A stretch of 64,000 nt of DNA from Saccostrea cucullata. Its lineage: Eukaryota. The notes beneath the pieces were generated by a model. It worked only from the letters and a program-made list of their open reading frames with translations, was not told the DNA's origin and searched no databases. Made by a program: the position numbers and the translations under genes. The stretch's first letter is position 1. The number at the start of each line of letters is the position of its first letter. The DNA is taken from assembly GCF_032062105.1 (NCBI RefSeq), contig NW_026926945.1:124001-188000 (forward strand). The letters are read 5' to 3'. Shown here piece by piece: positions 1 to 11,859 of this stretch.

Positions 1-1080
1 CTGAGGTATATATACTCCGTAATGAAGGTGATAAAGGTATATTGCTGCATAAGTAAAGGAAGTTGACGATAGAAAAGTTAAAGTTATCACGTTTATCATA
101 TAGCTTGGTTGTTAGATTACAATTAACGTCTTTTTCAAGTAAAATATCCAAGTATTAAACAGATGTGTTAGACTCTGTGGTATCTTTTATCTCAAGCTCA
201 CCAATATATATCTTATCGACGTAGGAATGGAAATTACCATTGTTACCAATTGACAATACGTCGTCGATATACCAGTATCTAAATGCCGAGTTGAAGGAAA
301 CAGAATGTGTTTTCTTCTTTTCACTCATAAGATTTTGCACAAATTCTGTTTCATATGAATATAAAAATAGGTCTGCTAATAACGGAGCGCAATTGGTACC
401 CATTTGAATTCCCATTGATTGTTGGAATACCTGGTCTCCAAAATCCACATATTAGATATTGAAAATCAGAAACTCAAGCATCTCTTTGATGTTAATTTCA
501 GAGTACTTGTGTGCAATCAGAATGTGTTTTAACAAAATAATTTTGCAAATGACCAATGACCAGATACGAAAATTTTCGAGTTCCACTTTTATTCAAAAGC
601 AGCTGTCAATGATATCAAAAAGCCTGGACTTTAATTTATTCTGGGGAATGGTAGTGTATAAAGTTGAAAAGTCTTAAGTTTTTAAGCTGTTGATCTTGGT
701 AAAATCTTGTGATTTCAAATTGCCCAAAAGTTCTTTGGAATTTTTGAGTATCCACATCTGATTCACTCCACTTCTTGAATATATTGTTGCACAGTACTCT
801 TGAAGTTTTTCCTTCACTACTGGCAATATCTTAGTGAGGAGTAACGAAAGAGGATTGGTTGAACATTTACTGGAACCCGCAATGTATCTTTATAAGGATT
901 TTTATGAATCCAATATATATATACAGGGGTAGTTCAAACTCATTTTGGCTCTGTTGAATATTAAAAGTATTTAAAACTGATATATGATTTTTAAAAAAAT
1001 TCTTCCTTAGAAAGGGAAGTATGAGTATAAGTAGGATTACCACTTGAAGAATTCAATCCAAGAATTTTTGCGATTAAACT
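1..1080 (-). mobile_element. Penelope-like (Naiad-type) retroelement RT remnant, decayed
   Basis: ORF 155-448 reads QQSMGIQMGTNCAPLLADLFLYSYE...YIDDV, matching PLE-type RT motifs; the frame is broken on both sides; the same sequence recurs elsewhere in the window. Confidence 0.85.
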
Positions 1081-1274
1081 CAAAAAACTTTGCGTTAAAC
1101 GCTTTAGTATTTTTTTTTCTACAACAAATTAAAACACAGAGGTACTTTTAGAATTCAGAGGTATTTTTGTAAGCATTTTCAATTACTCAACACCTGATTT
1201 TCAGGTTCTGAAGACCAGATGCTTGCTGTCGTTTGTTTAACCATTACTAAATACGGATTTTGCAGTTTAACCGA

Positions 1275-1440
1275 AAATGATCATAAGTACAAGGCGGGTG
1301 TGATAAGTTGACATGGGTTCTTTTACCTTCATGGCACCTGATCTCACCTTGCTCCGATATTCTGAGAGATTCTTGCTTATTCTGCCCCCGATTTGTACTG
1401 TTTCTAATGAATTTTGAGCTTGATTCCTCTTTGTCATTTT
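1275..1440 (+). repeat. Penelope-like 3' terminal module, degenerate
   Basis: ggcgggtgtga...catggcacctgatctcacc matches the module repeated across the window. Confidence 0.65.
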
Positions 1441-1623
1441 ATTTTTTTCTCATAAAGAAAAAAAGTCTCAAGAGTGTAAAAAATATTCAACTCTTATGCA
1501 AATATTCATTCCATGAATACAACAGATTCGAATAAAATAAGCATACTTCATGATGATTAACAAATAAATATGATCACAATAAAATTATATTTCAACAATA
1601 GTTCAATGAATAAATCCAAAGGA

Positions 1624-2319
1624 CTATTCACCAAAAAAATTAGAGAGTCTTTTTATGGCATTTTTGACTACTTCCAAAGTCTTATAAACCCTAATGCAAA
1701 ACCGTGCACAGATTCCAATACAAAACAGAAGTCCCTTGGCATTCATTGCCTGATGTGAGTACGAATTACCCACTAGTGTCCACGACACAAAACTGTCACA
1801 GTTATTGTGAAACACTGAGTACTGCCTCTCCCCTAGGCGTCTTTTTGCTCGTTTCACTGCCTCGGATTTTTCTTCCTCTGTCTTGGGGTAAGAGTCAGAT
1901 GTTATATGATAAACACCGGAACTAAAGTCTAAAGTTTCATCACTGCTCGTAACTTCTACCGATTCCTGAATAATCTCGGCAACTCCTTTTAAAAGAATTA
2001 TCATAGAAATCCTTTTTGGAGCATAGTGAACAATTGTCAATTTGTTTTCTGTTGCATCTGTCACCAAAAAGTGATGATTGTAGCTATAGTCAAATGTCCA
2101 CCACAGAATACGAAGAGAGCGAGGTCTGTGAACCCTGATATGGGAAGCTGGCCCTATCTCTCCACTTTGTACCAATTTTCGTATTTCAGATGCATCCTTT
2201 AAACGTTTTTCATGGCACTTAATACACTTAGACTTTTCCTCTGTAAATAATGTATGCTTCACAAACGTATAGAGAATTTTGTCCATGATACAACCAGCAT
2301 AACCAAACAACTTGTCCAT
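1624..2319 (-). CDS. LRAT/PLAAT (HRASLS, H-box/NC) family protein, paralogue 1, 231 aa
   Basis: Intact ORF with YNHHFLV (His1), TIVHY (His2), RAKRRLGERQYSVFHNNCDSFV (catalytic Cys) and a hydrophobic C-terminal helix; three paralogues in the window; TATA and Inr just upstream. Confidence 0.9.
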   Translation of the reverse strand: MDKLFGYAGCIMDKILYTFVKHTLFTEEKSKCIKCHEKRLKDASEIRKLVQSGEIGPASHIRVHRPRSLRILWWTFDYSYNHHFLVTDATENKLTIVHYAPKRISMIILLKGVAEIIQESVEVTSSDETLDFSSGVYHITSDSYPKTEEEKSEAVKRAKRRLGERQYSVFHNNCDSFVSWTLVGNSYSHQAMNAKGLLFCIGICARFCIRVYKTLEVVKNAIKRLSNFFGE

Positions 2320-2335
2320 CGCTTTAAACGATAAG

Positions 2336-2429
2336 AACTGATCAAGATGTAAACATGTCTTGTCTTTTATAGTTCTGTTCTTGATCTATTCTTAGAATTA
2401 GGTTTCCCCTTTCTCGTGGGAGGCGGAGC
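2336..2429 (-). promoter_or_regulatory. Core promoter of paralogue 1: Inr, TATA, GAS, kB-like site, GC box
   Basis: Minus-strand TCAGTT 2336-2341, CTATAAAAG 2364-2372, TTCTTAGAA 2389-2397, GGGGAAACCT 2400-2409; plus-strand GGGAGGCGGAGC 2418-2429; same order in paralogues 2 and 3. Confidence 0.75.
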
Positions 2430-4015
2430 TTAAGGATTTTAATTTGATCAATGAAACTTTCTATAATGTACAGCAAGTGAGAGAAAATCAGAAACCTTGA
2501 CTTCTTAAATATTTTTGAACATTTAATTTTCTGTTAAGACTTAATTGAATAAAAATCGATGAAATAAAACTCTTAAAGAGCACACAGTAATATAGATACA
2601 TGAAATTTATATATAGATTCATAATTATAATTTTGCTTAAATATTTGTTTTCAAATTAATTTTTTATTTCAATAATTTCTAATTATTAAAATATATTTGA
2701 AAGTTTTATTTTTCTACAATTTATAAAACTAGCATTCAATATGTATTTTTCTGTAACAAGTAATGAATTTGTTACTTTCAAAGATTTAGGAAAATAATTT
2801 TCCAAATATAACATGTATAACGCGATAAATTAAAGTGTTGAGCCATGTAAATTGATAAAACCACATACATTTAATTTTCAAATATCAATTTAATGCCTTG
2901 CAAGAATTAGGGTTTATCTTTTTTCTTGGTTTGACACACACACACAAAGATTCAATTAGCCTCCCTTTCACTTTGCTTCCGACGCCTATGTAAATTGATA
3001 TAACCACATACAATTAATTGTCATAAAATTAACTCAGCCTTGCAAGATAACTTTATCGATCTATTTCAATTGAAATAAATACAATTTGCTCTATTTTAAC
3101 GATACATTTGATGTGCATTATTGCATAATATAACGTAGGGTAATAAAACCTAGTATATTTGTTTCGGATATATTTTCCCAGGAATTCCAAAGACAACAAT
3201 ATATAAACATATAAATATATTATTACTAAATCTGACATATTTACAGATCGAGTCTTATCCTAATCCGCGGAGTAATTCGTCACTACGTATATATACAAAC
3301 CACAGTGGTTTTATCAGGCACTGTGTCAACTAGTATGATTAGTGTGTAGTGGTATGTGATTTTGATGTTAAACACATCGCGCGTTTGTTTGTATAATAAA
3401 ATTGTCTCATGATACTTGTGTCAATTTAAGTAATTGTATTGTGTGTAAATTTTTATTTTCATTGTAAACTCTAATTTAAAGGGAATTAATTGTATCATTA
3501 TAGGACACTCATATAGTAAATTGTGATGCAAAACGTGTTGAAGAAAAATAAATCTGAAGAATGATTTAAACTATAAATACTTAAAAAATAATTAGAGGAC
3601 TTATTCGCGTGTAAGTGATTGATTTCATTTACGTCATTTGACCAAAGACATTGAGTGTTGTATGTGTAAGCTATACACACTCCCCTCAAATTAAGTAATA
3701 GCTGTGAAATATTTTGAAAATACCGGTAATGATTTCAAAATCGTGCATGAGGATTTTTTCCCAGGAAACCTTTTTTTTATTATACCACACTTGATCATGT
3801 TGATGAAAATATGTATTTTACAAAAAAGAAAAAAAAATTTTACCACTCCAAAATGAGTAATTTTATGCATTACGAGGACATTTTTATGCAAGAAAGAAAA
3901 TTACAACTCAGCAGAATACACTTTAATGAAAAAATTAAGATCCTGGAGACTCTTTATCAAGCAACACATTTTTTTCACCCCTACATTGAGTCAACTCGAT
4001 ATATTCCAACTTTAA

Positions 4016-4229
4016 GGAGGCTGGGGGTCAACAAATTAACCTCAAATTAACCACCAGATTTAACTTATTTTTTAGATATGGTATCTTAAGCTGTCAACTA
4101 TCATTTGGCAAAGAAAAAATTGATGCATTTTAGTTATTAAAATTGATCATTTTTGTATATCTTTATATGGAGCTCTTCTTTTAAAGGAGATATACATAGT
4201 CTGAAAATGTCTGCCACCCCCCAGCCTCT
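4016..4229. mobile_element. Non-autonomous DNA transposon with TTAA target (Kolobok-like MITE)
   Basis: TTAA|GGAGGCTGGGGG ... CCCCCAGCCTCT|TTAA; purine-purine termini with TTAA duplication. Confidence 0.7.
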
Positions 4230-5947
4230 TTAAAAACAAAAAAAGATAGCATACAGTTTAAAATATCTGAATACTTTTTAGAGAAAGAAATCGGTGGTAA
4301 TCTAACAACTAAATAAGTTATAAGTAAGAAAACCTGACATCAGCTTTACTATTTTCATCCTTCAGATTCGATAAGTGAAAGCATTTCTAAAACAAAGCAG
4401 GATACTGACAAATAAACTGATGACACAAGACCTTGTAGTACTCTTTATATTCAACATTCGCAAATTCGAATGTCGATTCAATGCCTACAAATACAATTCT
4501 TTGTTATGTCGAATGTTGAGTGACGTTTTTTTTTTTTTTTAAATTTTTATACATATTCTTAGGTCATTATTTTCACAATGAATTGTCTTAAGATTTTACT
4601 CTTTATCTGAACATGACAATGAGCGGCATTGAACTGTCAACAGAGGATGTTCTCTTCTCCATGACTCCTGATTCCATCTCTTTTTTCCAGTTGTCGTGTT
4701 TGCCCTGCTCATAATTTTATTTATTTCATTATTTTCAAGACTTAAATCCTTATTCTGCTTGTACCAAAGGATAAAATTAAGATGCAAAATAAACAACTTG
4801 TTTGAGCAACCCCCAGGGCCTCTTTCAGAATTTGTTCAAACAAAAGTAACACGAGTACTAATTATCAGAATTGAATATGACTTTAAAAAACCCGTACTTG
4901 CGGGAAGTGAAATTTTTTTTCTGGAGTAAATATACATTATTTCTCCATACTAAATACTAATGTTTACTGATCTGATAAGTTCCATGAATCAGACTGTAAA
5001 AAAAAAACAAAAAAAAAACATACGACCAAAACCTATGACATGCTATCATTCGTTAGACACTCCATGCTTGTCCATGCTTCTAGATTTATCACTGAACCTT
5101 GAACTACTTGTATTTCTTTGGATCTTGCAGGTCATGGGGGATTCCTTTGCTGTTAATCATAAATAAATATGTATGTTTATATATAGTCTCTGCCTGATAA
5201 TTAGCAATACCTGCCAAATTGCAATATATATGTACGTATACGGAATATAATAAGAGTCTTAGAAATCAAAGTAATTTTCTAATCGTGGATCAAACAGAAA
5301 TAGAGATTCCGCAGAATTAAGACCCCGTGGAAAAAAGTACATTTACAATAGTTTATTACCAACCTTTAACTTTTTGAGAAATTGGAAATATATTCTAAAA
5401 CAATTGATACACTAAAACCTTACTTATATCACAACAAGGTGTTTGAGGGGTAAATGGCTTACTGATATTAAGGTCACTAAAGAGTGATAAAAGTTTGTAT
5501 AATTACTGATTGTATCAAGTCAAGCCATGCCAAATTATAGACACATTGTGCTGGAATATTTTAAAGACGTATTAATGTTTTCACAAATCAAAAGCAGGAT
5601 ATTGTTTAGAATTTAAACATGCTTTGTCCTTTTCTTTTTTGAAAAGTTTTGTTTTCCTAAAACTTAAAATTAGACAAGATCTCTTTTTATTAAGGACATT
5701 AAACAATAATTTGGGAAAAATTAACAAATGAAGTAATGTATTACAGTAATCTGTTCTCGGTCGCTTGAAATAATCTGACATTTCGACCCTCGCATTATGA
5801 AGTTTCACAATTGGCATACGAATTCATGTTGATCGATCAAAAGATCTTTAAAAAATGTCAAGAAAATATATACAAATGTATGCAAAAAAACCCAAATCAC
5901 CATAATCATCTTATAGTCTGTGTTAGTGTTTATCATATAATCGGTTA

Positions 5948-6200
5948 CAATTGGCGCAGTGATAAATCGCGGAGGAAAGTTTAATCCTCGCATGTTTGAA
6001 TCCCACTGAGGGACCTGGTTTTCGGAAGGGACCTACATCTGTATATGTGAAGACTGATGTGACAATATGGGCAGTCAAAAAAATCCATCGCTGCCCCATG
6101 GCCATAACTGCCGAGTCAGGGCTGAATCTGAAAATTTAAGCGCCTGAATATCAATGAAAAAAAAATAGCGAAGGGACGTTAAACAACACAATAAACAAAG
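5948..6200 (+). mobile_element. Diverged tRNA-derived SINE
   Basis: A-box-like TGGCGCAGTG, B-box-like GTTTGAATCC; body atggccataactgccgagt and tail agggacgttaaacaa resemble the SINEs at 31685 and 55845. Confidence 0.6.
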
Positions 6201-8849
6201 TCTATGACTGAAAAAAATTAATAAAAAATAAGATTCACTGTTTGTTGTATCTTTTTTTTCAGTATTGCGGTTTTTTATGATTATCATTTTCTTGACAAAA
6301 ATAGATGCAAAGAAAATTGAATTCCGTGAGGAATAAATATGTACACGGGTTTTCCGAAGCACGTTGGGCAGGGTTTGTATAGACCCAAGAAGAGCATGCA
6401 AACCCTACCAACTGGTACATTTTAAAGAGGATCATGCATTAAAAAGCGCGTAAGAATTGTTATAACTTTCTATTGACGCAAAGATAAATTTAATTTAATT
6501 TAATTACATTTCATTTAAAGCTTGAAACGACGATTTAATTTTCCTTAATTTGAAAGCGATCACTAGCCATTGTATTTTATCAAAGGCCTTGAAAATATTT
6601 AAATGTTTTACGTCAATCAATTCGTTTCACATATCTGACAATTCACATTTTTACTCATTCTATGCAAATCCCGTCTTGTTACATACGGCCACCAAAGAAT
6701 GTGTCTTCTTTCTGGTTTAATAATGGTTTGTAATTAGAATCTGGTTTGTGGGATGTGTTTAAATAATGACATGGTGATTCAATTTTAAATTATTTCAACT
6801 CTCCCTTGTATCCTGGTACAAGAAAAAAACAGGACCATTTACATGAAAAAGGTAAAAGAAGAAGTGCGAGGAAAACAAAACAATTAAAACGATCAGGTGG
6901 TACTTAAAAAATTGGTCATAACATACCAAACTCCTTTTGCTAGGTCGCTTTTGGAAGGTTTATATAGAGGTGTCATTTTCTACAATTTAAGCATTTTATC
7001 GTGCAAGTCTCACAGAGATTTTGCACCTTGAAATGCTTTTACAATATCCTTGTGGAAATGACCTCGGTTTTTACTAGAAAAAGTAAGCGATTTTTGCGTA
7101 GTATGTTATGAGCATGAATAAAGTATGAATATAACAAAGAGTCTTAAAACTCAGGAGTCCATTGACAAATACAAACCAGAAGCAGAGTAAAGACAAACCT
7201 CTAAATGTTACAATAGGGGTCATCTATCAGTAAGCATCAAATCATATTTTTTCTGTTCTTCTATAGGTTGTACAAATTTATAAATGTGAACTGAGCATAA
7301 ACGCTCTTACATGAAAAATAAAACACTGAAGTAGAGTGTTTTATGGGTTCTTGGTTCTTAACAATTTTATATTTAAACAAAAATCACACATTGACGAAGT
7401 CGCACAGTAACTATATATAAGTAAAGAAATACATCGCCGCAACATTACATAAAATTCGTGTTAATAACGCTATCAGTGCTACTTGGTACTTTACACCGGG
7501 GATATAAATAATAGAATTAACGTCTTGACGTTCCATCTTTGAACCACTTTTCATATTTTACCACGTATTTGTTCTTGGCACTAAAAGTGGGTCCACAAGG
7601 TATATAGCTGCGTATTTATGTACTGAGGGACCGGAATAAATCTCACTATTTTGCACAAAAATTTTCAATAACACTTTATTACTCAAAGGAGTATAGCGTG
7701 ATATTTTTTTAAACAGGAAAAAATGTTAATATACTGAAAGGAAAAAGAAACGCAGGGTAACATAATATTCGAAATCTTTTGGACCGCTTGACCGACAATT
7801 ACGAAGATTGGTCAGATGAGAATGTTACTCACTATGTTTTCAACAAATCTCGTACCATTTCATGCACATAAGGTATACATATTCTTTTTCAATATTTACA
7901 GACGATATGAATTTATTGCAATTTTGGTACAGTTAACGGAAGTTCCAGGGGTCTAGTTTTTGAATTGCCTAAGTAAGAACAAGGGCAACAAAGGATAACT
8001 GAACAGTTTCTCGTGAATTTCCCCCTGTAGAAGGAGTTACTCGTTGTCAGATAGGGTCTCCAATGGTTTCCAACCAACGGTGACTATGACGTTAACGCGA
8101 AACAGAGGGACGTAAACATTGGGTTATTCGTCCTGCCACCTGTTTAATCGCCACCTAACTACCACATTAACCGCTATTAATACCGTAGATTATCATAATC
8201 ATTACATTCACCCCAAAACTGGAAGAAAATAATCGCAAAATTTGAGTTTTTGAGCCGTTTACGTTTGTGTTCCCTCATTGGCGCATGCGCGCGTCGTTTT
8301 ACTAATTATCCGATGTAGTTACCCATGCTTAATATAGCCAAGGTTCGCAAACTAAACACTAACATGAATTCCATGCACAGGAGAATCAAGACTGTGACAG
8401 ATGCACGGGGGAGATATTGAAGATTTATGCGAGTTTTCGATTTTCACTTTATGGGGGTATCGTCAAATGAGTTTCAATAACTCATCAATTATAAGACAAA
8501 ATCAAATGGGATTTTTGTAACATTTTGTTTAAAGATGATTTTAAAAGTAAGATAGAAATACTGAAAAAAAATAAAAGGAATAATAAATTTAATACACCTC
8601 AAAATGTTTACCTTGCGTTTCTTTTTTCCTTTCAGTATGTCTCTGTATCTCTTCATTCTCTCAATATCACGAGTAAATGCAATACTGTTGTGAGAAAAAA
8701 AATGAATATCATTATGATAACATTTCAAAAGCATGGCATTGATAGACTTTAAAGACTGGATGATTCCTTCAAAAATATTATTCAAGAACAATAAAGATGA
8801 TTATTATACTTTTGTTAAAATGTTTCCTATAGTTCAGAAGGTAAAATAA

Positions 8850-9240
8850 CTATCTTTTATAGTTCACGCATAGCAAAGCTATACCCCGGGGTATAGTTTT
8901 TGCTATACTCATCGGAAAATTATTTGGCAAATTTTGCCGCCAATTTTGATTCCAGCGATAAATCTATTGACTGATGATGTCATAATGACTTCAGTAGCAT
9001 TATGAAGTCATCAGGATTTCAGATTATTCTTGCAGGATTATCTTACTCCAAACAAATTCAAACCTCAGAAATTTTATCATACATCAGTATAATAAAATGC
9101 TTATCAACTGGTTGTGAGTGGGATAGCTCTTTTATCAAACCCTTGACATAGAATATTCCCCGAGGGCTTGCCTGTCGCGGGTTTAATAAAAGATCTATCC
9201 CACTAACAACCAGTGGATAAGTGTATAATACAAAAATAAA
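8850..9240. mobile_element. Palindrome-bounded insertion, possibly a non-autonomous Crypton-type element
   Basis: Near-perfect palindrome at 8870-8906 and a hairpin with roughly 50-bp arms at 9100-9221; absent from duplication copy B. Confidence 0.45.
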
Positions 9241-9360
9241 TGCATCCATGCCATTAAAATCGAAAATATCTTATTTCTTTTTTATTAAATACTATAAAAG
9301 ATTTTAATCTTAAGTAACTTTGTTTGTTAAAAAAAAAACAACTGTATCAAATTTCCTTAA

Positions 9361-10471
9361 CGAGGCCCGATCTAGTTGAAAATTACGAAAACGGAATGAT
9401 AAAAATTTTTAATTCTTTAAACATGTTGAAATATACTTGTATGTTTTATGCTTCGAAAAATTAGAATGAAATTTTGTTACCTTGCCTTTATTGTAGTGAA
9501 ATGGGGGCACTGTCAAGATATGGACCATTTTTCGTGTTTTTATACACAATTACATACTAAAACTCTTCAATAAACAAAGAAATTTACAAATTAAAAAAAA
9601 AATACATGATGAAATTCTTTGTTTTTCACATATATTATGCAATTTTCATTCTTCTTATAAAAAATGAAAAGAAAATGGGAGGTAGCCTTTATTGCAGTGA
9701 AAAGGGGGCATGTCAAAACACAAAATTTGGATTTATTCTATCCAACTACGTATTTTGTAGGTCGCAATGGGTTTACATAACACCAACACACGATTGCAAT
9801 ACTGTATTAGTTTCTAAAAAATAAATAATTCTTATATTATGAAATAATTTTCTCGCCATGCTTTATTTTTCCCTTAACACGCGACATTGTTTTACGTTGA
9901 AAAAAAGGGGTAGAGGGAGGAGGAGGGGGTAAAGGCGACAAATTGCGATTTTTACTTATATCATGTAATATATAGAAAAATAAAATATTTCGGGGGTTTA
10001 ATTTAAATGATTTATAGACTTATTTTATTTTTAAAAAAACTGAAGATAACCCATGCATATTTAAGTCCGCAATAAAAAGAGTGTGTATAAACACTTCAAC
10101 ATGTTCGAAGAGAAAGACTAAAATCGTTTACTTTTAGTTGCAGTGTTTGTTTTTTTTTTAACTCACAAATTGAAATAAAACAGGATAAAATTAATGAATC
10201 TGTACCAAAAAATTGATCCCTAAAAAATAACTAGGTTCCAAAGTTGTTTATTAATTCAAATATTAAAAAAAATAATAGAAATGCCAACTCTCAATGCATA
10301 GTCTATAAAGCTACCAGGTAAGCAAGATCGGCGAAACATTTTAGCGCAATTTGACGTCATTTTAATTGTGACGTTATTGTGTTCAATTGTGATGGCAGTC
10401 AAGGGTATTGTGACGTGCCTGAGTCGACGCTGCGTTAAAACGTATGCGCAGATCAAGTAGATCGGGCCTCG
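9361..10471. mobile_element. Non-autonomous DNA transposon, 19-bp TIR, TTAA TSD
   Basis: TTAA|CGAGGCCCGATCTAGTTGA ... TCAAGTAGATCGGGCCTCG|TTAA (one mismatch); absent from duplication copy B. Confidence 0.8.
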
Positions 10472-11859
10472 TTAAGTGTCATCTCTGTTTTTTTTTTTTA
10501 TCAACGTAACGATATTTTTGTCAATGCTATACGGATATAAGATATCTTCACATTTCATGCTGTACCCATGCTCTGTCGCACGGTTCGACCAATTAATATA
10601 AGAACCTTTGAATGATTTTAATGCCTTCAAGATCAAAATCAACATTCCAGCTGTTTTTGATCTGTAAAGCTTCTTTTAGAAATGAAGTGTTTTTGGTAGT
10701 TTGTAATTCTTGTAAATATTGGCTGTTTATGTAAAAGCGATGGTGCGTCAGTGTATTGAAACACGAAACGCGTCCTCCTCAACTCTTTTGATTATCTATA
10801 CATAACTTCTTAAAACTTTTCTACTTTGTTAATTAATTAAACTAACGAAAATAAAATAAATCTTTGAACACTTTTGACTTTTAAACTGAAATTGACCATA
10901 TACATTGTTATAAAATCATCAAGTTCAGCTTTAAGACATGACCACAGTTTAAATGATTCCGTACCGATTTGGCCTAGTAAGGATGTTTTGTTCTATATAC
11001 CGGGTTAGACGTGAATCAGTGTTTACATTGAGGGTTTTTAGACTTGCAAAAGGATCGGATCGACCAACAATTTAAAATATAGACGGTGAACTACTTTGAT
11101 ATGAGCATAGTTTAAATGAGGACTAGTATAAGTTTTGTCAGGAGGCAAAAGTATATAGTAATATTATAACTAGTAATATTAATTTTTCAATCAATATGAG
11201 CTCCTTTAGAATAAATTGTTTAACAGACCTGCATCTTTTCTGATTATCAGTTTTAATCTTATTTGGATGTAGTACTAAAGGAATTAATTGATTGCAAAAA
11301 TTACAGAACTTCATGTTAAACTTTAAGAGGTTATTCATAAAACTATATACTTGAAGAATGGTCACCAGCTTTAGGTCTGTACTTGATTCGATAACCAGGA
11401 GAACAGTCTGCAAAACTTCCAGTCCGAAGATTATACTATATATAAAAGTAAGTTGATGGTACAAGAATATCAATAATCTCGTTAGAAAGTAATATTTTGA
11501 AAATTTTAATATCGCTACAATGACCGTGTTAGGTCGTTTGTTGACTGACCATTTTATACAATCCTTTGTATCTTACATATCTCTAAATATAATTGTTCTA
11601 CCCTACCCTAATGACATTGATTTTGAGTAGGCCCCCTAAATAGAATAATCAGAATTAGAAATTTGATTTGACTTATAAAGTTTTTTTTCTAATCTCTTTT
11701 TTTTTGGGGGGGTGGTCTTATAGAGTCTATCTTTTAATATTTTTACCGATTTTGTGCCTTTTGGAGAAATTGGGAATTTTTTTTATTATATGCAAATAAT
11801 GAACATTAACCAAGCTCAAAGGTCAATTTAACAACATAATAGATAGATTGCATATTCTT

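Larger units (their letters stand above)
7500..11560 (+). repeat. Local duplication, copy A (interrupted by insertions)
   Basis: Colinear matches to 13920-15520 at about 7520-7700, 8640-8800, 9245-9310 and 10510-11560. Confidence 0.8.

Noticed and set aside
1704-1925. 73-aa antisense ORF MHRFQY... repeated at 21009 and 41060
   Set aside because: Non-ATG starts; shadow of the LRAT genes, repeated only because the sense genes are similar.
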